Assembly (NCBI GenBank): GCA_973895155.1
Contig: OZ316895.1
Coordinates: forward strand, 16,286,170 to 16,350,169
Direction: 5' to 3'
DNA from: Marsupella aquatica
Lineage: Eukaryota; Plantae; Marchantiophyta
Length of the DNA stretch: 64,000 nucleotides
The first letter of the stretch is position 1, and every line of letters starts with the position of its first letter. Below are positions 1 to 13,399 of this stretch, one piece after another. Position numbers and translations under genes: made by a program. The notes below the pieces were generated by a model that was not told the DNA's origin, did no database searches, and saw only the letters and a program-made list of their open reading frames with translations.

Positions 1-790
1 AAACTGTGCGCTCAACCTCGCGGATGTTTTTTTCCCCACTACATTCCTGCACTGCTGCTGGTTCTTTCAGTCGAGTCAAAACTGTGCGCTCAACCTCGCG
101 GATGTGATTCTCCATTACGGTACTGCACTGCTGCTGGTTCAGACTGTCGAGTCAAACTGTGCGCTCAACCTCGCGGATGTTTTTTTCCCCACTACATTCC
201 TGCACTGCTGCTGGTTCTTTCAGTCGAGTCAAAACTGTGCGCTCAACCTCGCGGATGTGATTCTCCATTACGGTACTGCACTGCTGCTGGTTCAGACTGT
301 CGAGTCAAACTGTGCGCTCAACCTCGCGGATGTGATTCCCACTACGTTAGTGCACTGCTGCTGGTTTAGACTGTCGAGTCAAACTGTGCGCTCAACCTTG
401 CGGATAGCATTCTTGACTACAGTAGGGCGTCTCAACCCTGCGCGTTCTAGGACTCCTTCCGGTCACCCGGATGTCTCTAATCGCCGCCCGATATTGAACA
501 CCGGTACCCAAAATCGGGTCCCAAAAAACTGGGGGTCTGAACTTTACCTCGCACCTACAAGGAGTCCCGGCACGGGTTAGACCTGGGTTTTTCCAAAGAA
601 AAATTGTAATAAAAAAAACCCGGGAAAAACTTTACGGTCACCAAATCGGTGGGCCGACCACCTGATCCGGGCGGCCCGCGACTGTGAAATCCCGGGTGCC
701 ATTCGGAATTCCAAATGCTTAAGTTTGAGACGCCCTAGTACTGTGCTGCGGCTGGTTCGGACTGCCGAGTCAAACCGTGCGTGCTACCTT
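1..790. repeat. Tandem repeat of ~75-78 bp units with a 153-bp A/B higher-order dimer; truncated by the window start and interrupted by a MITE
   Basis: Units beginning AAACTGTGCGCTCAACCT at 1, 79, 154, 232, 307 and 381; units 1/3 and 2/4 match each other; a degenerate remainder (CTGCGGCTGGTTCGGACTGCCGAGTCAAACCGTGCG) resumes after 738. Confidence 0.95.
425..735. mobile_element. MITE, PIF/Harbinger (Tourist)-like
   Basis: Terminal inverted repeats GGGCGTCTCAA (425) and TTGAGACGCCC (ending 735), flanked by TA on both sides; splits the sixth tandem-repeat unit. Confidence 0.8.
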
Positions 791-1958
791 GGGGTTTTGT
801 GCACAAGCATACCCTAGTGCCCCCGGTGTTCCCCAAAGACATTATTAAAAATATCTGTGCTTGTGAAACCTCAATATTTATGAGACGGACATTTTAAGAA
901 TCTTCTAAGCATCTTGATGCATGGGAAAATTAAAACAACAGAAAGAGTATTTTCCGTTGTGTTATCTACTGGAATAGGAAATAAGTACTGTAACATTTCG
1001 CCATAGTCATCCTGTGCAAACCAGATGGCACTACGGTACTGTACCAAACTTCTTGTTGGTTCCGAATTTCAGGTGTCGCTTCCCAAGAGTACAACAATAC
1101 TGTAACAAGTAATGCCAACTTGTCACACCCCACTCTTGATGTCCTATTTCCTAAAACAAAGTTGGAAGACATTAGGGAGTTCCCTCAGTTTATGGTAGAC
1201 GCATGGGCAAAGAACAGTGCTGGCTGAGTTGTGGTTTACTAGTGACACTAGCTTACTGTAACAAGTAGTGCAAACTTCTAGCACGTTCATCTGAGCAATA
1301 ACTGTCTTCAATTCACGGCCCGGCTTTTCACGCAAAAGCCCTATACTAACAAGGTTGGAAGACATGAGGCAACCCTATCAGAGTGCATGTTAGTCGTGTG
1401 GGCAAGAAGTCAAGAATAGTGGCAAAGTGGCAAAGTTGCTATGTTAGTGACACTATATATAGTGACTCTTGTTGCTGACTTCACGATGCCATTAATCCTT
1501 CTTTTGTCATCAGGGTTAATGTTCTTGTTTGGCATTCTTTGCATACTCCTCGTGTATGTCGCATCCCTCTTCCTTGCTTGGCAATGAGCACGACCAGATT
1601 GTTTCTTGAAAGGAGGGAAAGGTTGCCGAGAGGACAGGCTCAAGACGTGAGGAAATGTGCCCCCCCCCCTCCATTGCAGCAACTCCATCATAGAAAAGCA
1701 TAGGAGCAACCAAAATTTTAAGGGTACCTGGGGTAATCTATAATGGAGCGGTAGCCTCCTAAGCATACTGTAGGGGATAGGAACCTCTTGGGTCGGGATG
1801 CAGTGATAGAACGTGTCCTCATGTATATAAGTGATATGGCCTTCTTTTAATGTGTGATCCCTACTTGAGTAATGACTGTCATGTTCATTTGTCTTTTCCT
1901 CCGTCCTACATATCATCAGACAGACACACCTCCAACAGCGGGATGATGTATTTATTCA

Positions 1959-2404
1959 TCTATCTATCTATATAATAAAGGAGCAATCAAAAGCTAGGAT
2001 AAGGGTCTATTGTCTACAGTAAGCCTTTAGACCTTGACTGTGGGACACAAATATGGTTAAAGATGGAACTGTACCCACCTATTTAGGAGAGAAGCTTGAG
2101 CATTCAGGCTAGTTACCTAAATTAAACCCTTGTTAAAGATTGATAGGCTTTAAAGTATTTAAATTGAGCCGGAAAGATGGCTTGCAAAGCCTTCTCTTTT
2201 TGTTCTAAACCCAGAAAACAACAAAATGACTGATGAAGGGAACTAATTTCAAGGGTCTAAATGTCCAACATATGAGCTCAACAAATGGATGGCACAGACA
2301 TTTGAATACTATACAGTAAATGCAATGTAATATTTAATGAATAAACCAAGGGCCAGAGAATTCTGGAAACCCCGTGGTGAGCACTGAGGTGGATCTTATT
2401 CTGG
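1959..2404 (+). mobile_element. Non-autonomous Helitron-like element (degenerate)
   Basis: A|TCTATCTATCTATATAATAAAG 5' end; shares CAATCAAAAGCTAGGATAAG and CATTCAGGCTAGT with ~24647-24735; imperfect hairpin at ~2370-2389 followed by CTGG. Confidence 0.4.
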
Positions 2405-2667
2405 CATCAAAAGTTTGTTAAGCTTTTGAAGCATGTTGCTCATTCGAGGTATACCCGGACATGATTCATAAAATATACTTCGTACAAGTACAAGTGAAAC
2501 ACAACGTCCAGATTTTATGTTGATCTAGATTAGGTTTCTATTGATTGTTTTTTGTACAATTTGGGGACAGTATCGAACAATATGTTTCTTACACTGTTGA
2601 CAAAGTCTTCTGGCGTAGCGTGTGCTTTGGCCTGCATGACATCCAGAATAAAAACAAGACAAATAAC

Positions 2668-3092
2668 ATGCGCAACCACACATCAGCACCACAAATGGCT
2701 CGATATTAGAAGGTGCGTTTGCTTAAAGATGATCACTTTCCATGTAGATCCAGTTGTACTCTTTAAAGTGTTTTTTAAGTGTGGTGGGGTTTGGAGCTAC
2801 AAAGAAGCGAGTTATTTTTGGCTTGACGCGACAGCACAAATAACCATGGAGAAAGCACAAACAACCACTGGCGAATATGGAGCACGAGTCGTTGAAGACA
2901 AAATCGTTTTTTATTCCTTAAATTATTGTGTCTTAGACGAGAATGGATAAAGCTTCCGTTCATGCACAACTTTTATTTGTTTATTCCCTTCTCGTGCACA
3001 TCTACCATGTTCACCATCTCCTAAGTCTCCTTGAGCTTCTTTTATCAACAAATATTTCGAGCCATTTGTGGTGCTGATGTGTGGTGGCGCAT
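2668..3092. mobile_element. Foldback/MITE-like element with ~36-bp inverted repeats
   Basis: ATGCGCAACCACACATCAGCACCACAAATGGCTCGA (2668-2703) matches the reverse complement of 3057-3092 with one mismatch; no clear TSD. Confidence 0.7.
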
Positions 3093-5546
3093 CATGGGGA
3101 GTAGTGTTGCTATCCCTCCAGACTTGTGGGTCAGTTCAATCTGACAGTTTGTCAATCACAGGGCTACAAAATGTGCTCTATATTTGTGGTATCCCTCCAA
3201 ATTGCTTGCACATCACAGAATTTTTGTTTTGAAATTGAATAGGGGTTTTAGTGCTTTCCCTTGAATAGAGAGGTACACATGCAATGTAGGAGAGCCCACG
3301 CCCCATCAATTGCAGCTAAGAGTTACTGAGTTTTGCAGATATCAACCACTATCTTATCCAATCCCTCCAAAAGGAGTTCATCCAAAAGTCACATACAAAC
3401 TAACTTTTGGAGGGAAACCATGAAAGCCTTCGGATTCATTCTGTCAATGTCTTGGGTGTTGGATTATTGAAAATGGACCACACAATAACTTAAGCAAATG
3501 TTAATCTGAAAATTGGACAGGCTGTAAACTTTCATGCATTTATAGTAATATAGCCCAATGCATGTGTGTTGCACAGAAGATGTTAAGGTGAGAAAAAAAT
3601 GTGAAGACGAGAAAAAAATGTCTATGGTTGGGGTTTAGGGTTTTCCATAGAAAATATCAAGATGAGAAAATATGTTGAGGCAAGACAAAGATTTCAAGGG
3701 GAGGCAAAGATCTGGACGTGAGGCAAAGTTGTCAAGGCAACACCAAGATGCAGGTGAGCTCATTCCCCATGTGTTGCACAAAAGTTTTTATTAGACAAAA
3801 ATATTGTTGTGAAAAGGATATCATTGCTTGACATATGTTGTTGTGCAAAAAAGCACATTGCATTAAAGATTTCCATATGCAAAAGCTATTGTGCAGGAAT
3901 ATGTCATTATGTAAATGAGTTCTTCTGGAAAAGATGTTGTAGCATGTGGGGTTTCATTGCATAAAAGAGGTTGTTATGCAGAAGATATAGTCAAACAAAA
4001 TATTAAATTTATGCTGAATATCTTACAGTGTAATAATCAAAAGAAAGGCATAGTCAATTTTAAAAGTGAATAGAATACATATGATGAGGTCTTTATTAAT
4101 TTCAATAAAGAAATGTACTATTTGGTTGGGAGGTGGGAGGGGCAATGATCCACAAAAACTTGATTCTTGCCCCTCCCCCTTTTATCATCCATACTCCCAA
4201 ACGGAAGGGGCAAGATCAAGCCTCTGCCTCCCTCTCTTCAAGGAAACAATTTTTTTCCTTTTTAGAAACCAGTTCTTTGAAATTTGTTGTTACTTTTGTT
4301 TCTTAGGAGGTCATATTCATTTTTTGGTTGCTGATTGTGTGGCGGTTTTTTTTCCTGAGGAGGAGAGGAGCAACTTTTTCAAGGGTGTGAGTATTTTTAG
4401 TTTGGTTGTTGCATGTATGGATTTGGAGGGTGGTTATTATTGCCCCCACTGACTCTCTTCAGTCTGTAGCACCCCACTGCCCAAACCTCCACCCATGACT
4501 GACTCCACGGCCATATGACCCCACCGTACATACCTTCCACCCTTCTGCCACCTTGACTCCCCAACTCCTTGTGCCCAACTCCTCCACGGGCCTATCTAAC
4601 ATCACAGGCCCTCTTGGACTTGCACAGGTGGGCAGGAGGGAAAAGATACAAACAAGAAGAACAAAAAAGCAAGGGAAAGGGGGAGATAACAAAAAAGTGG
4701 AGGGTAGGAAATTAAGGAGTTGGTAATATAGAGGTCATCTAATTTATGTGACAACTTCTGGTTGGCATTGGATCCAAAGTCAAGGGGAGGAGATGATTAG
4801 ACCTCTGGAGAGGAAACCATAAGGGGGCTTGGCTTATTTTTCTGCTGTGAAGCACACTTGCTTGATCTGCCCTGCATCTAGATCAGCCTTGATCCTCCCC
4901 CCTCCCAGACCTGTACTCCTTGATCCTCCCCCTGCCTCCCTGGTCAGTACTCTGCGCAAACAAATGCCCTCCGCCTGTGCCCCAAATCCTGCCCAGGACC
5001 TGCCATCTTTAGCTCTTTCTTGGGCACGCACCTCCTGCTCTGAGAATAAGAAACTAAGACATGTCATTTGCTCTTTCCTGGGGAAGCACTTTCTAACCCC
5101 AAAACCAGAACCTCTACTTTCTGCCTGTCTTTTGCTCTTTCCTTGGGCACACACCTCATGCCCCCAAAACTGAAATTAGAGATATCTGCTTGTCTTTTGC
5201 TCAATAGATTGTGCTTAACTTCACTGTCACTTCCAGCCTACATTGTCAACCAGGCATGGGTGCTTGTATGAGCAATTCAGGCACAAGGTCCCAACTTCAA
5301 AATTAAACAGAGCATTTTGCACAATTTTTTTTTTCATTCACCCAACCCCAAAGTGGAGAACATTCACGCTAGTGCACTAGTCCTATTCAATACTCACCCC
5401 ACCCAAAAGTGGGGTTCACTTGCCCATACTTAGAATCCCAATGAGGTTAGGTAGCTGGACACGCCACACTAGGGAGACTCACAATTGGGAAAAAACTTGC
5501 ACAAATGGTGTGTTGAAAATGAGGGTTGAGATTTCTGGATTCAATC

Positions 5547-5895
5547 GGTGTCTCAAACCAGCTGTTCTGTGGAGGGGTCTTATGTGACCTTTTGATGCTA
5601 GCTGATTCAGGGGGCCAAAATCTGAGGTTTGCTAATTTTTTTTACCACCTTTAACTTGGGTGGTCAGTGCACTCGCATCTGCCCAAACATTGAATGAATA
5701 TGCACCCTTCATAAAAATGACCAAATTCAAAAATATGATGATGTTGGTGAGTTAATCCACAAGCAGGTTGTAGACCATCTCAAACTGGAATCCACCGGGT
5801 GAATGCTTGCCCAAAGTTTTGGCTACGTCGAGGGTCACAGACAAAAAGTGTTGGCAGACCAAAAACAAATGGGAAACAACAGGTTTGAGATGCCC
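5547..5895. mobile_element. Tourist-like MITE with degenerate left end
   Basis: Left GGTGTCTCAAACCAGCTGTTCTGTGGAG (same end present inverted at ~31432-31460); right GTTTGAGATGCCC followed by TAA. Confidence 0.55.
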
Positions 5896-5920
5896 TAATA
5901 TTATGAATTGAAAATCAATA

Positions 5921-6120
5921 TTTTTTTTTTTTTATGACATTATCTGTCCCGTAGATAGTTTGATGAGGTTGTTAGAAAGTGGATAGTCGTGAGGTGCACA
6001 CAATGCACTTTTGTCCCAGTAGTTCAGGCCAGGCATGCATCTAGCCAGCGAACTTGAGCAGGATCGAACCCTCGATCGACTATCAACTTAAGAATAGGCG
6101 ATCATGTACTCTACTGTAGA
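5921..6120 (-). mobile_element. Possible tRNA-derived SINE or retroposed 3' end
   Basis: Minus strand carries a B-box-like GGGTTCGATCCTGC (~6058-6071) and ends ~130 nt later in an A13 tail (T-run 5921-5933); A-box degenerate. Confidence 0.35.
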
Positions 6121-9100
6121 TACGTGAAATGTCCAATGCTAAATAACAGGAGTGCCTCAGATACGTTTGACTGAAGTAATTTCAATTGATTTCATTGCAA
6201 GCAGATACCTCGATAAGGTTATGGTGATGATGGAGCCAACCACTCAGAAGGGTTCGGTGATGGAGGTCGAAAGCCCCAAGCTTGAGTGGAGGGAAGGAGG
6301 AGGCCCACCGAGATTGCTGGGAGAAAGCATTGCCGTGAAGCTTTTCAGAGGAAGTTCTGTACTTCCAGCCTATTTGCCACACTCCGGTACTTTGATTCGT
6401 CTCGACTCTCTGGCATCCCACAAAAGCTATCTTATAGGAAATAGGTCGGAGCACGTATCTGCGGAAGATATCATTTGCGAGTGGGACGATTGAATCTACA
6501 AGCTGGGCATTTTTGAGGGCGACATCCTTTTTCTCGTCCCTTAGGGGGGGGGGGCCCACGCCTTATAGAATCGCCAAAGCAGGATTGAGAATGGTTCTCG
6601 AGGTACAGTAGTCATTTTTTAATGGCCACTGTACTATAATTCTTGTTCAGTTACTTCATTGTGGAAGGTAAACGGCCTGTCGGACCGTCAGGCCCGGCGT
6701 CATATCCTAATGTTTTGCGGGACCCAAGCGCAATGGTCTGGTCATGAGGCATGATCTTTCTGGTTTAAGTAAGGAGGGGTACAGTTATCTCCCATGGATA
6801 ATCCTCATCCATTGCGGACAAGGGAGAGACCATAAAGCTTGACTGTACGATCAACGATTCTCCAGTGTACCTGTATCACCGAGAGATTATAAACCTGGCC
6901 CTATAGTGCTCTAGGCTTACTGTTTGACGATCTTTGTTTGGCCCACTGATTAATCAGGTAAAAAGGTGCCACACTCTGCTCAAGGCTCGATGTTTGACAG
7001 TACTGATAAATCAAGTAAACAGGTGCCACACTGGCTTGCTTTCAGAACTACAGAAAGAAAAGGTGCCACAACGACATCTGGGCAATCAACTGAGGTGCAT
7101 CTGCTGAAGCACCTTCCGATCCGTCGCGAAGGATATCTAAATTAGGAACTTTATCCGGCTTAAAATTCTCGGGGAATATCTCAATGCCACCAAACGAGAG
7201 GCCCTGGTGTCCTGTGTGAACTTTAGTGGATTTCCCTAGTTGAGCGCTCGGTGGACGTGTTGCCAGTCGTCTGGTTGTCTTTGTTGTGTGATGCTTATTG
7301 GTTTGCAATTCATTGGCTACTTTTCCCCTGACCATGGTGGAGGGCGCAGCATGCGCACATTGTACTTGCAGGTTCTCAATGAGAATTTGACTTTGCCGGT
7401 CCAGAAAAAGAGCCAAGAGAGACCCTGCATGCGAATCCCTCGAGATGCCCTTCCAACTCATAATTTAGGATCGAGTTGAAAATCCTCCCAAAACTGGCAG
7501 CGAGGAAGGAAATCGTGAAGCTATAAAACAATTTAATAATGCAGCTTAAAATTGTTGGACAAAGAATTTCAAATTTTAAAAAGTTGTCAGTTCAATACCA
7601 GTGTGTTACTCAAAAGATGTGTGAAAGATGCCTTATATTCATGCATTGCACAATTATCATTGAGACTCTGTTGTGGTTGGATTGTCACTGTGGTTCTGAA
7701 AGTCAATTGTCATTTCAACTAGTTGTTGTCACATCCATGTGATTAATGCCAAAGTATGGTTGTTCCAGCCTTGTTATGGTTGCCGAAGTATAGTTTGGGT
7801 GCATGGTTGTTGGTACCACAAAGTTGTCATATTAATCAATGTTGTTGTTGTGCAAGCCATGTTGTTAGGGAGGACAGGGAACACAAGATGGGGAAGAATA
7901 TCCTGGACATCATGGGATCCAGGTTGGGTTGCGCAATGCTATATAGAGGGACAACTATTTTCTTTTCTTTTGTCTCCCTATTTCCCCCCCTCCAAACCCT
8001 ACCTTTCTTTCCTTCCCCCTCCTCACCCTCCCACCGCTTCCGTCCCTCGCCCTCTTTCTTCCCTCCAACACAATTTAAAAAAAGGGAAAATTGACAAGAA
8101 AAGACATAATTAACCTGAAGAAAGGGAAATTGATTTCCCAAGAGGAAAAAGTCCAAAAAACCTTTCTCGACAGTCTACATTAATTACTCCTCATTGGCTC
8201 CAGCCAAAAACGTCTATCTCATGTCAATTCCTTCAATGATCCATGCCAAAATATTACAGTGTGCACTGGTTATAGCATGGCCAACACAATCCAGTAATCT
8301 AGCTAGTACATGTCAATCATGTACTCTAGCAGATGTACTATACCGTTTACCCTATTGTAGCAATTATGGGCGCCTATTTCACTGAATCCAACAGTCTCGA
8401 AAAAACCTTGAACAACGTCTGATAATAAAGTAATGTTCTTTCCTTTTTCATGTTTGTAAAGTAAAAGATGGGAATGATTTGGCAAGATCCCTTGTAGAGG
8501 TTGATTTTCAGAAACAGTTCGGTTCAATCAAAATTCTCAAGGAATCAACCCGTGAGAAACCTCTTGGTCACGTTTTTGGGTTGAGCTCCACCCAAATAAA
8601 GAATACAATGAGCTAATGTGCATTGCAATGATTGTGTTCGCACACCAGAAAGTGAAACTCAAAACAAAAAAAAACGAACCTACACTATTACTCCCCAAAG
8701 TCTTGTAGTTAGACCAGGGAGCTGCCATAAATATCGCTACTGAAACTGCACAGTAAGCAGAAAGATGGTAAGTCACCAAACTGAACGATTGAGGAGCACC
8801 CAATTTGAAAAGATGACCGGTCAGAATAACAGTCATTGAAGTGTAGGAGACATTTTACGTGCATAATACCTCGTGAGTCATTCACATTTCCGAAAAGCCT
8901 GGATGGACATGCAAGATTGAAGACAGCAGACGTTCTAGTCATCCACCTTCAGATCTGAAATAAAATGTATGGAATAATGGAATGTCGAGGAGTGACTTAT
9001 GCACTTTTCAACAAATCCATGTCATAGAGCTTGAGAGTGTGGTCATCTCGACCATGTTATCATCACGGGCAGGCAACCATGTTGTCATTGTGCTATCAAG

Positions 9101-9190
9101 TATGCAACAATAGCCAACCATGCATTGCACCAAATACTGAGGTGAAGTGAATTTTCCAACCGACACAAAGTAGTGTTATTGTTTTGAGTT

Positions 9191-9274
9191 TGACAATCCT
9201 TGCCAACAATTTGCTTCATCTTGACGTTGATGCAAAAATGTCAAGATGAAGCAAATTGTTGGCAAGGATTGTCA
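9191..9274. repeat. Perfect 35-bp inverted repeat with a 14-nt loop
   Basis: TGACAATCCTTGCCAACAATTTGCTTCATCTTGAC (9191-9225) is the exact reverse complement of 9240-9274. Confidence 0.95.
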
Positions 9275-11902
9275 TTGTGACGGTACGATAGTCGTGACCA
9301 TGCAGTTGTTGGTGCAACAATATCCGGCCGTGCATTGGAGAAAAATTGGAAGGTGAGGTAAAGAATTACAAGTGAAATAAAAAGGTGCTGTCATTCCAAT
9401 TGTGTCATGTTTGCGAGTGTGGACATGTAGTCATTTTGGTTGATGTTGCAAAACTGTTATCATTTGGTCATCATTGCTGTTGTGAAAGTGTTATTGTAGG
9501 GGAGGGCAAAGGTGAGTATATGGGGACCACCAAGTAGGGTCCAAGCATGGTCACTTGACGAAAGAGCAATTTGGTTCTAATTTTGGTCTATCTTGTTCTC
9601 TCTTGTTTTTTCTTTTAGTTTTTTCAATGCATAAATAAGATTTGATTTATCTTAGATTAAATTATTGGTTTTTAACACTCCTTTTCATTGTGGGCAGGTG
9701 CAGGCAGGCATAGGGCAGCATAGACAGATATTTGAGATAATAGGGTGTATGGATGCATCTGATAGTGTCAAAAAATCAGTTTCTGATGAAGGGCCTGGAT
9801 TAGCTCTCACGTTTGTCTCCATCTGTAAGCAAATGATGGAACCTTTTTGTTGGGATAGGGTAATATGGCATTTGATGCCATTGTTTCTACAATATTTTGA
9901 CTCATATACCACAAATCTAACCAGCAACCAAGTCTTGGGTCAACTTTCACAACATTGACGCAGGCATTGATGGCCCCCATCATGTCAAATATCCCATCAG
10001 CAACAGCCAAGATCTGTTGTAGGCTCACCCTTGCCCAGGTTGATTTTGACCCCTTGCTCTCACCCTCACCTGTAGCCTCACAACCCTCACCTGTGAGTAG
10101 AGGCCTGACACTCACCATCACATCTCAGGCCCCAACCTTACCTCAAGTGCCCCCACCCTTCCTCTCACTTGCAAAAGGCCTGATGTGAGCTATGAGGATT
10201 GCAAGGACACGATTGCAGGCAGGAGTAGGAAGCTCAACTCAATCTGGGAAAGGGTGATTCTGCAACAAAAATATCTTGACCATTGTGAGGGGGTATGTGG
10301 CGTAATGTGGGCTATCAATGTCATGGAAATTAGCCAACTAGGTAAATCTGTGGCATATTAGTCAATATTTTAGAGCCAATGATATATTAGTAATTTCCAT
10401 TACAATTTGGAAAATCTCAGTTCTAAAGTAATCCTCACACTTGCTTAAAACTTCCAACGGTTAGAGCATCTGTGATGCAGACTGAATAACTTATATGTCC
10501 ATTAGTGGTTTAATGAATTGGATGACAAAGTTGGCAAAGTTGGCTCGCAAAGTTGGCAGTAACTTGCCTCCAACCTAACAAAGGTATTAACTCAAGAGTA
10601 AAGGGAATTGGCACATATGACAAGGGTAATTGCCTCACTTGCATTCACAAATCCCCACAACATGACCACTTGGGATAATTAAGGACTGGTCCATTGACTT
10701 GGGAACATTGACTTGGGAACATTTAGAGCAATTCTAGTTTTAGTGTCCAAATAAACTCACATTATGGATTGTGAAGCAAGTGAATGCCACCCAACTCAGT
10801 GACGATCAATTTACAAATTTAAAAAGGATCACCCAACCCAAACAAAACCAAAAACCCCATCTGTTAGTAAGTGTGGGGGAGGTTGCGTGCGTGTGAGTGT
10901 AATTTGGGCCAAGTGCCATCCAAACCTCCTGCGGATGAAAATAAATCTCAACTGACCCATTCAATAATTAATGGGTTGATTGAAGCCATTTGGAGGCACT
11001 TGGAAAGTCATTTTCTATTGCAATAACTCGCACACATGAATGAACACAGATGTAGCATGCTCACCTGAACGATGTATAATTGTTTGTCTTGTAGTAATGT
11101 GTAAGGTGATCTAATTTCCTTTTGGCGATAGCGAAAAATATTTTTTTAAATGAGTGTGATATAAATACAAGAGTAGAAGTACAGCACTTGGAAAGAGAAT
11201 ATATTTCACTTAATGATCAGGACAAAGAAAAAGTACAAATCTATGGTTCAAAGGTACTGAAAAGTTGTGCCCTTAAATGATGACACTCAAATCAGTCAAA
11301 ACCATAAATTTATTAAACACAGTCTGTGAGTAAAACTTCAAACAAGAGGTGTCCATACTATTTAAAAAAATTCTTTTTCTCACTCAACTCATGGAAAGAG
11401 ATTAGATTTGCGAAAGGGATTGGGTCTTGAAATCTAAGACTAGTGGGAAAGGAATACTCTAGGATAGCAAAGATTAGAAACATTAAGAGGAGTGCCAAAA
11501 TTAACTCAACATTTGAATAGACAAATGATGCACCTTGCTAGGGCACATTGAAATAAAAATACACAACAGAAAATCTCAATAAGACAAAATTCTGGAAAGG
11601 GGATTCTCCAGTAGAGCATGTTCATTAACTTGCACACACTAATGAACAAAGACATCTTACTCTCCCACTCCCCAATCTCTTACATTAAAACATATTTTTT
11701 TACCATTTCACCATTTTTTATCTGGAATCTGACAGCTACAATTATGTGGACTGATGCTTGAAGCCACCTTCTCACTGACAATGAAGCCAGGATAGCTATT
11801 GATTCACCACTTCACTTAACTAAGAGTGAGATCAATCAGGGGGGGGGTCAACTACTCCTAGCTAATGAATGTTAATCCGTCTGAGTTTGCCTTTTGTTCG
11901 TA

Positions 11903-12127
11903 ATCAACTATTGTGCCCATACCCAAGGCAGAAGGCAAGGGTTATGAGCGAGTACTTCTACAAAAGAGGAAAGTTTGGTAAACTAATGGGGAAGGCATTA
12001 TCAGTCCAGTGGTGGATCTTCATCAACTATTGTGCCCATACCCAAAGCACTGGTTATGAGCGAGTACTTCTACAAAAGAGGAAAGTTTGGTAAACTAATG
12101 GCGAAGGCATTATCAGTCCAGCGGTGG
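11903..12127. repeat. Direct tandem duplication of ~110 bp
   Basis: ATCAACTATTGTGCCCATACCCAA...GGTTATGAGCGAGTACTTCTACAAAAGAGGAAAGTTTGGTAAACTAATGG...CATTATCAGTCCAG occurs twice. Confidence 0.9.
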
Positions 12128-13399
12128 AGATGATTGAAATTGTTTTTGGGGTCAGAGATGTGACCAGGTGTTGTTTAAGCAACCTGTTGACTCCGCTTGG
12201 TGAGTCTTGGCATTTAGCGCCGAGATAATCCAAGTTTGCCGACACGAGTCTCGTGCTAGTAACTACAGTACTTGAATAAAATTACATAGATTATGATGCC
12301 GGAGTGGATTACAAGCACACTACATGACATAATAAATACCATGAAAGATTTATTATTTGTGGATCACATGTGGGAACAAACAATTTAATTTTAAATCCTT
12401 CAGGGCCTCACAAAGGCGGAGACACAAATTGAGATATGTTTGCTTCTGGACGGGAATGGGAAGGATCGTAGTCACCGGGTTTCAGGGCCATTAGTAGGAT
12501 CCCCCTACTTTGGTGGTCGTCATCAAAGACCATCAATCACATTGGTGATGACTACTACTGAGGGGGTAAAGGGGCTGGTCTTGAGGATGACAAAGCCGTG
12601 ATCGAACAACTTTCAGCACCCCTTTTTAGTGGTCATCATTCTAATCATCCCTCGACCTGCCAGGGCCCATTTTTAAAACCTGGTACCTCCAGGTCTCGAC
12701 AGCTAGTCAAGCTTCGAAGTAAAAAGTGAGCAAAAAGTGAATAATTCATCTTCCCACAACTTCTGGGACTATACTGAGGTTTAACATTAAGTCAAGCCGG
12801 GGTAGTCGGGGTAAGGTTTTGGCCGGGACACTCCTTTGTCACCCATGCCCTGGTGCCACTGCCTTTCGCTTTGTTCTTCTGTTTACTAGGTTCTGCATTG
12901 CAATTAGATATTGGGGTTTCCTTTCCCATTTGAACTTGGTTGGATCAGGTTGTCTAGGGGGTCTTTGGCTTGGTAGGAATGCAGTTTTTGGATTGGATGT
13001 CTTAAATACAAGTCCATTGAGCAATCTGAATTTGTGTTCTTTTGGGGTGTGTGGTGTTGCCCTGCCCTGGTGTGAAGTAAAGTTTTGGGGTTTCCACTTT
13101 GAACAGTTTTCTCCTGGGAGAGTAGAAGGAAAATCTTAAGGATTGAAGATTGTGTGGCAAAATAAAGTGGTCAGTCACCTTTGGGGTTACATGAAGATAC
13201 CTGGAGAGCTATTCATATGAAACACACTGCCTTAACATCTTTTGAGCTGGAGTAAGAGTTCCTATGATAGAAGGCTTTGAAACACTTCAAAATATTGAGG
13301 TTTTTTCACTTTTGACACCCCTACATTGCTCTACTGTACTTAGAAACTCCACTGTTGTTTGTTGATGTGGCCATAGCTCAACACAACGAACCGTGTATG

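Noticed and set aside
1-420. CRISPR-like look (constant block plus variable segment) and ORF 104-580
   Set aside because: The variable segments repeat in an A/B pattern, there are no cas genes and the context is eukaryotic; the ORF is a by-product of the repeat.
4459-5271. Lys/Gly-rich short ORFs (similar ones near 9.7-10.2 kb and 12.8-13.1 kb)
   Set aside because: Low complexity, no domain and no coherent splice model; probably decayed transposon sequence.
6152-7480. Short ORFs on both strands, possibly a LINE relic
   Set aside because: No diagnostic RT or endonuclease motif could be read with confidence.
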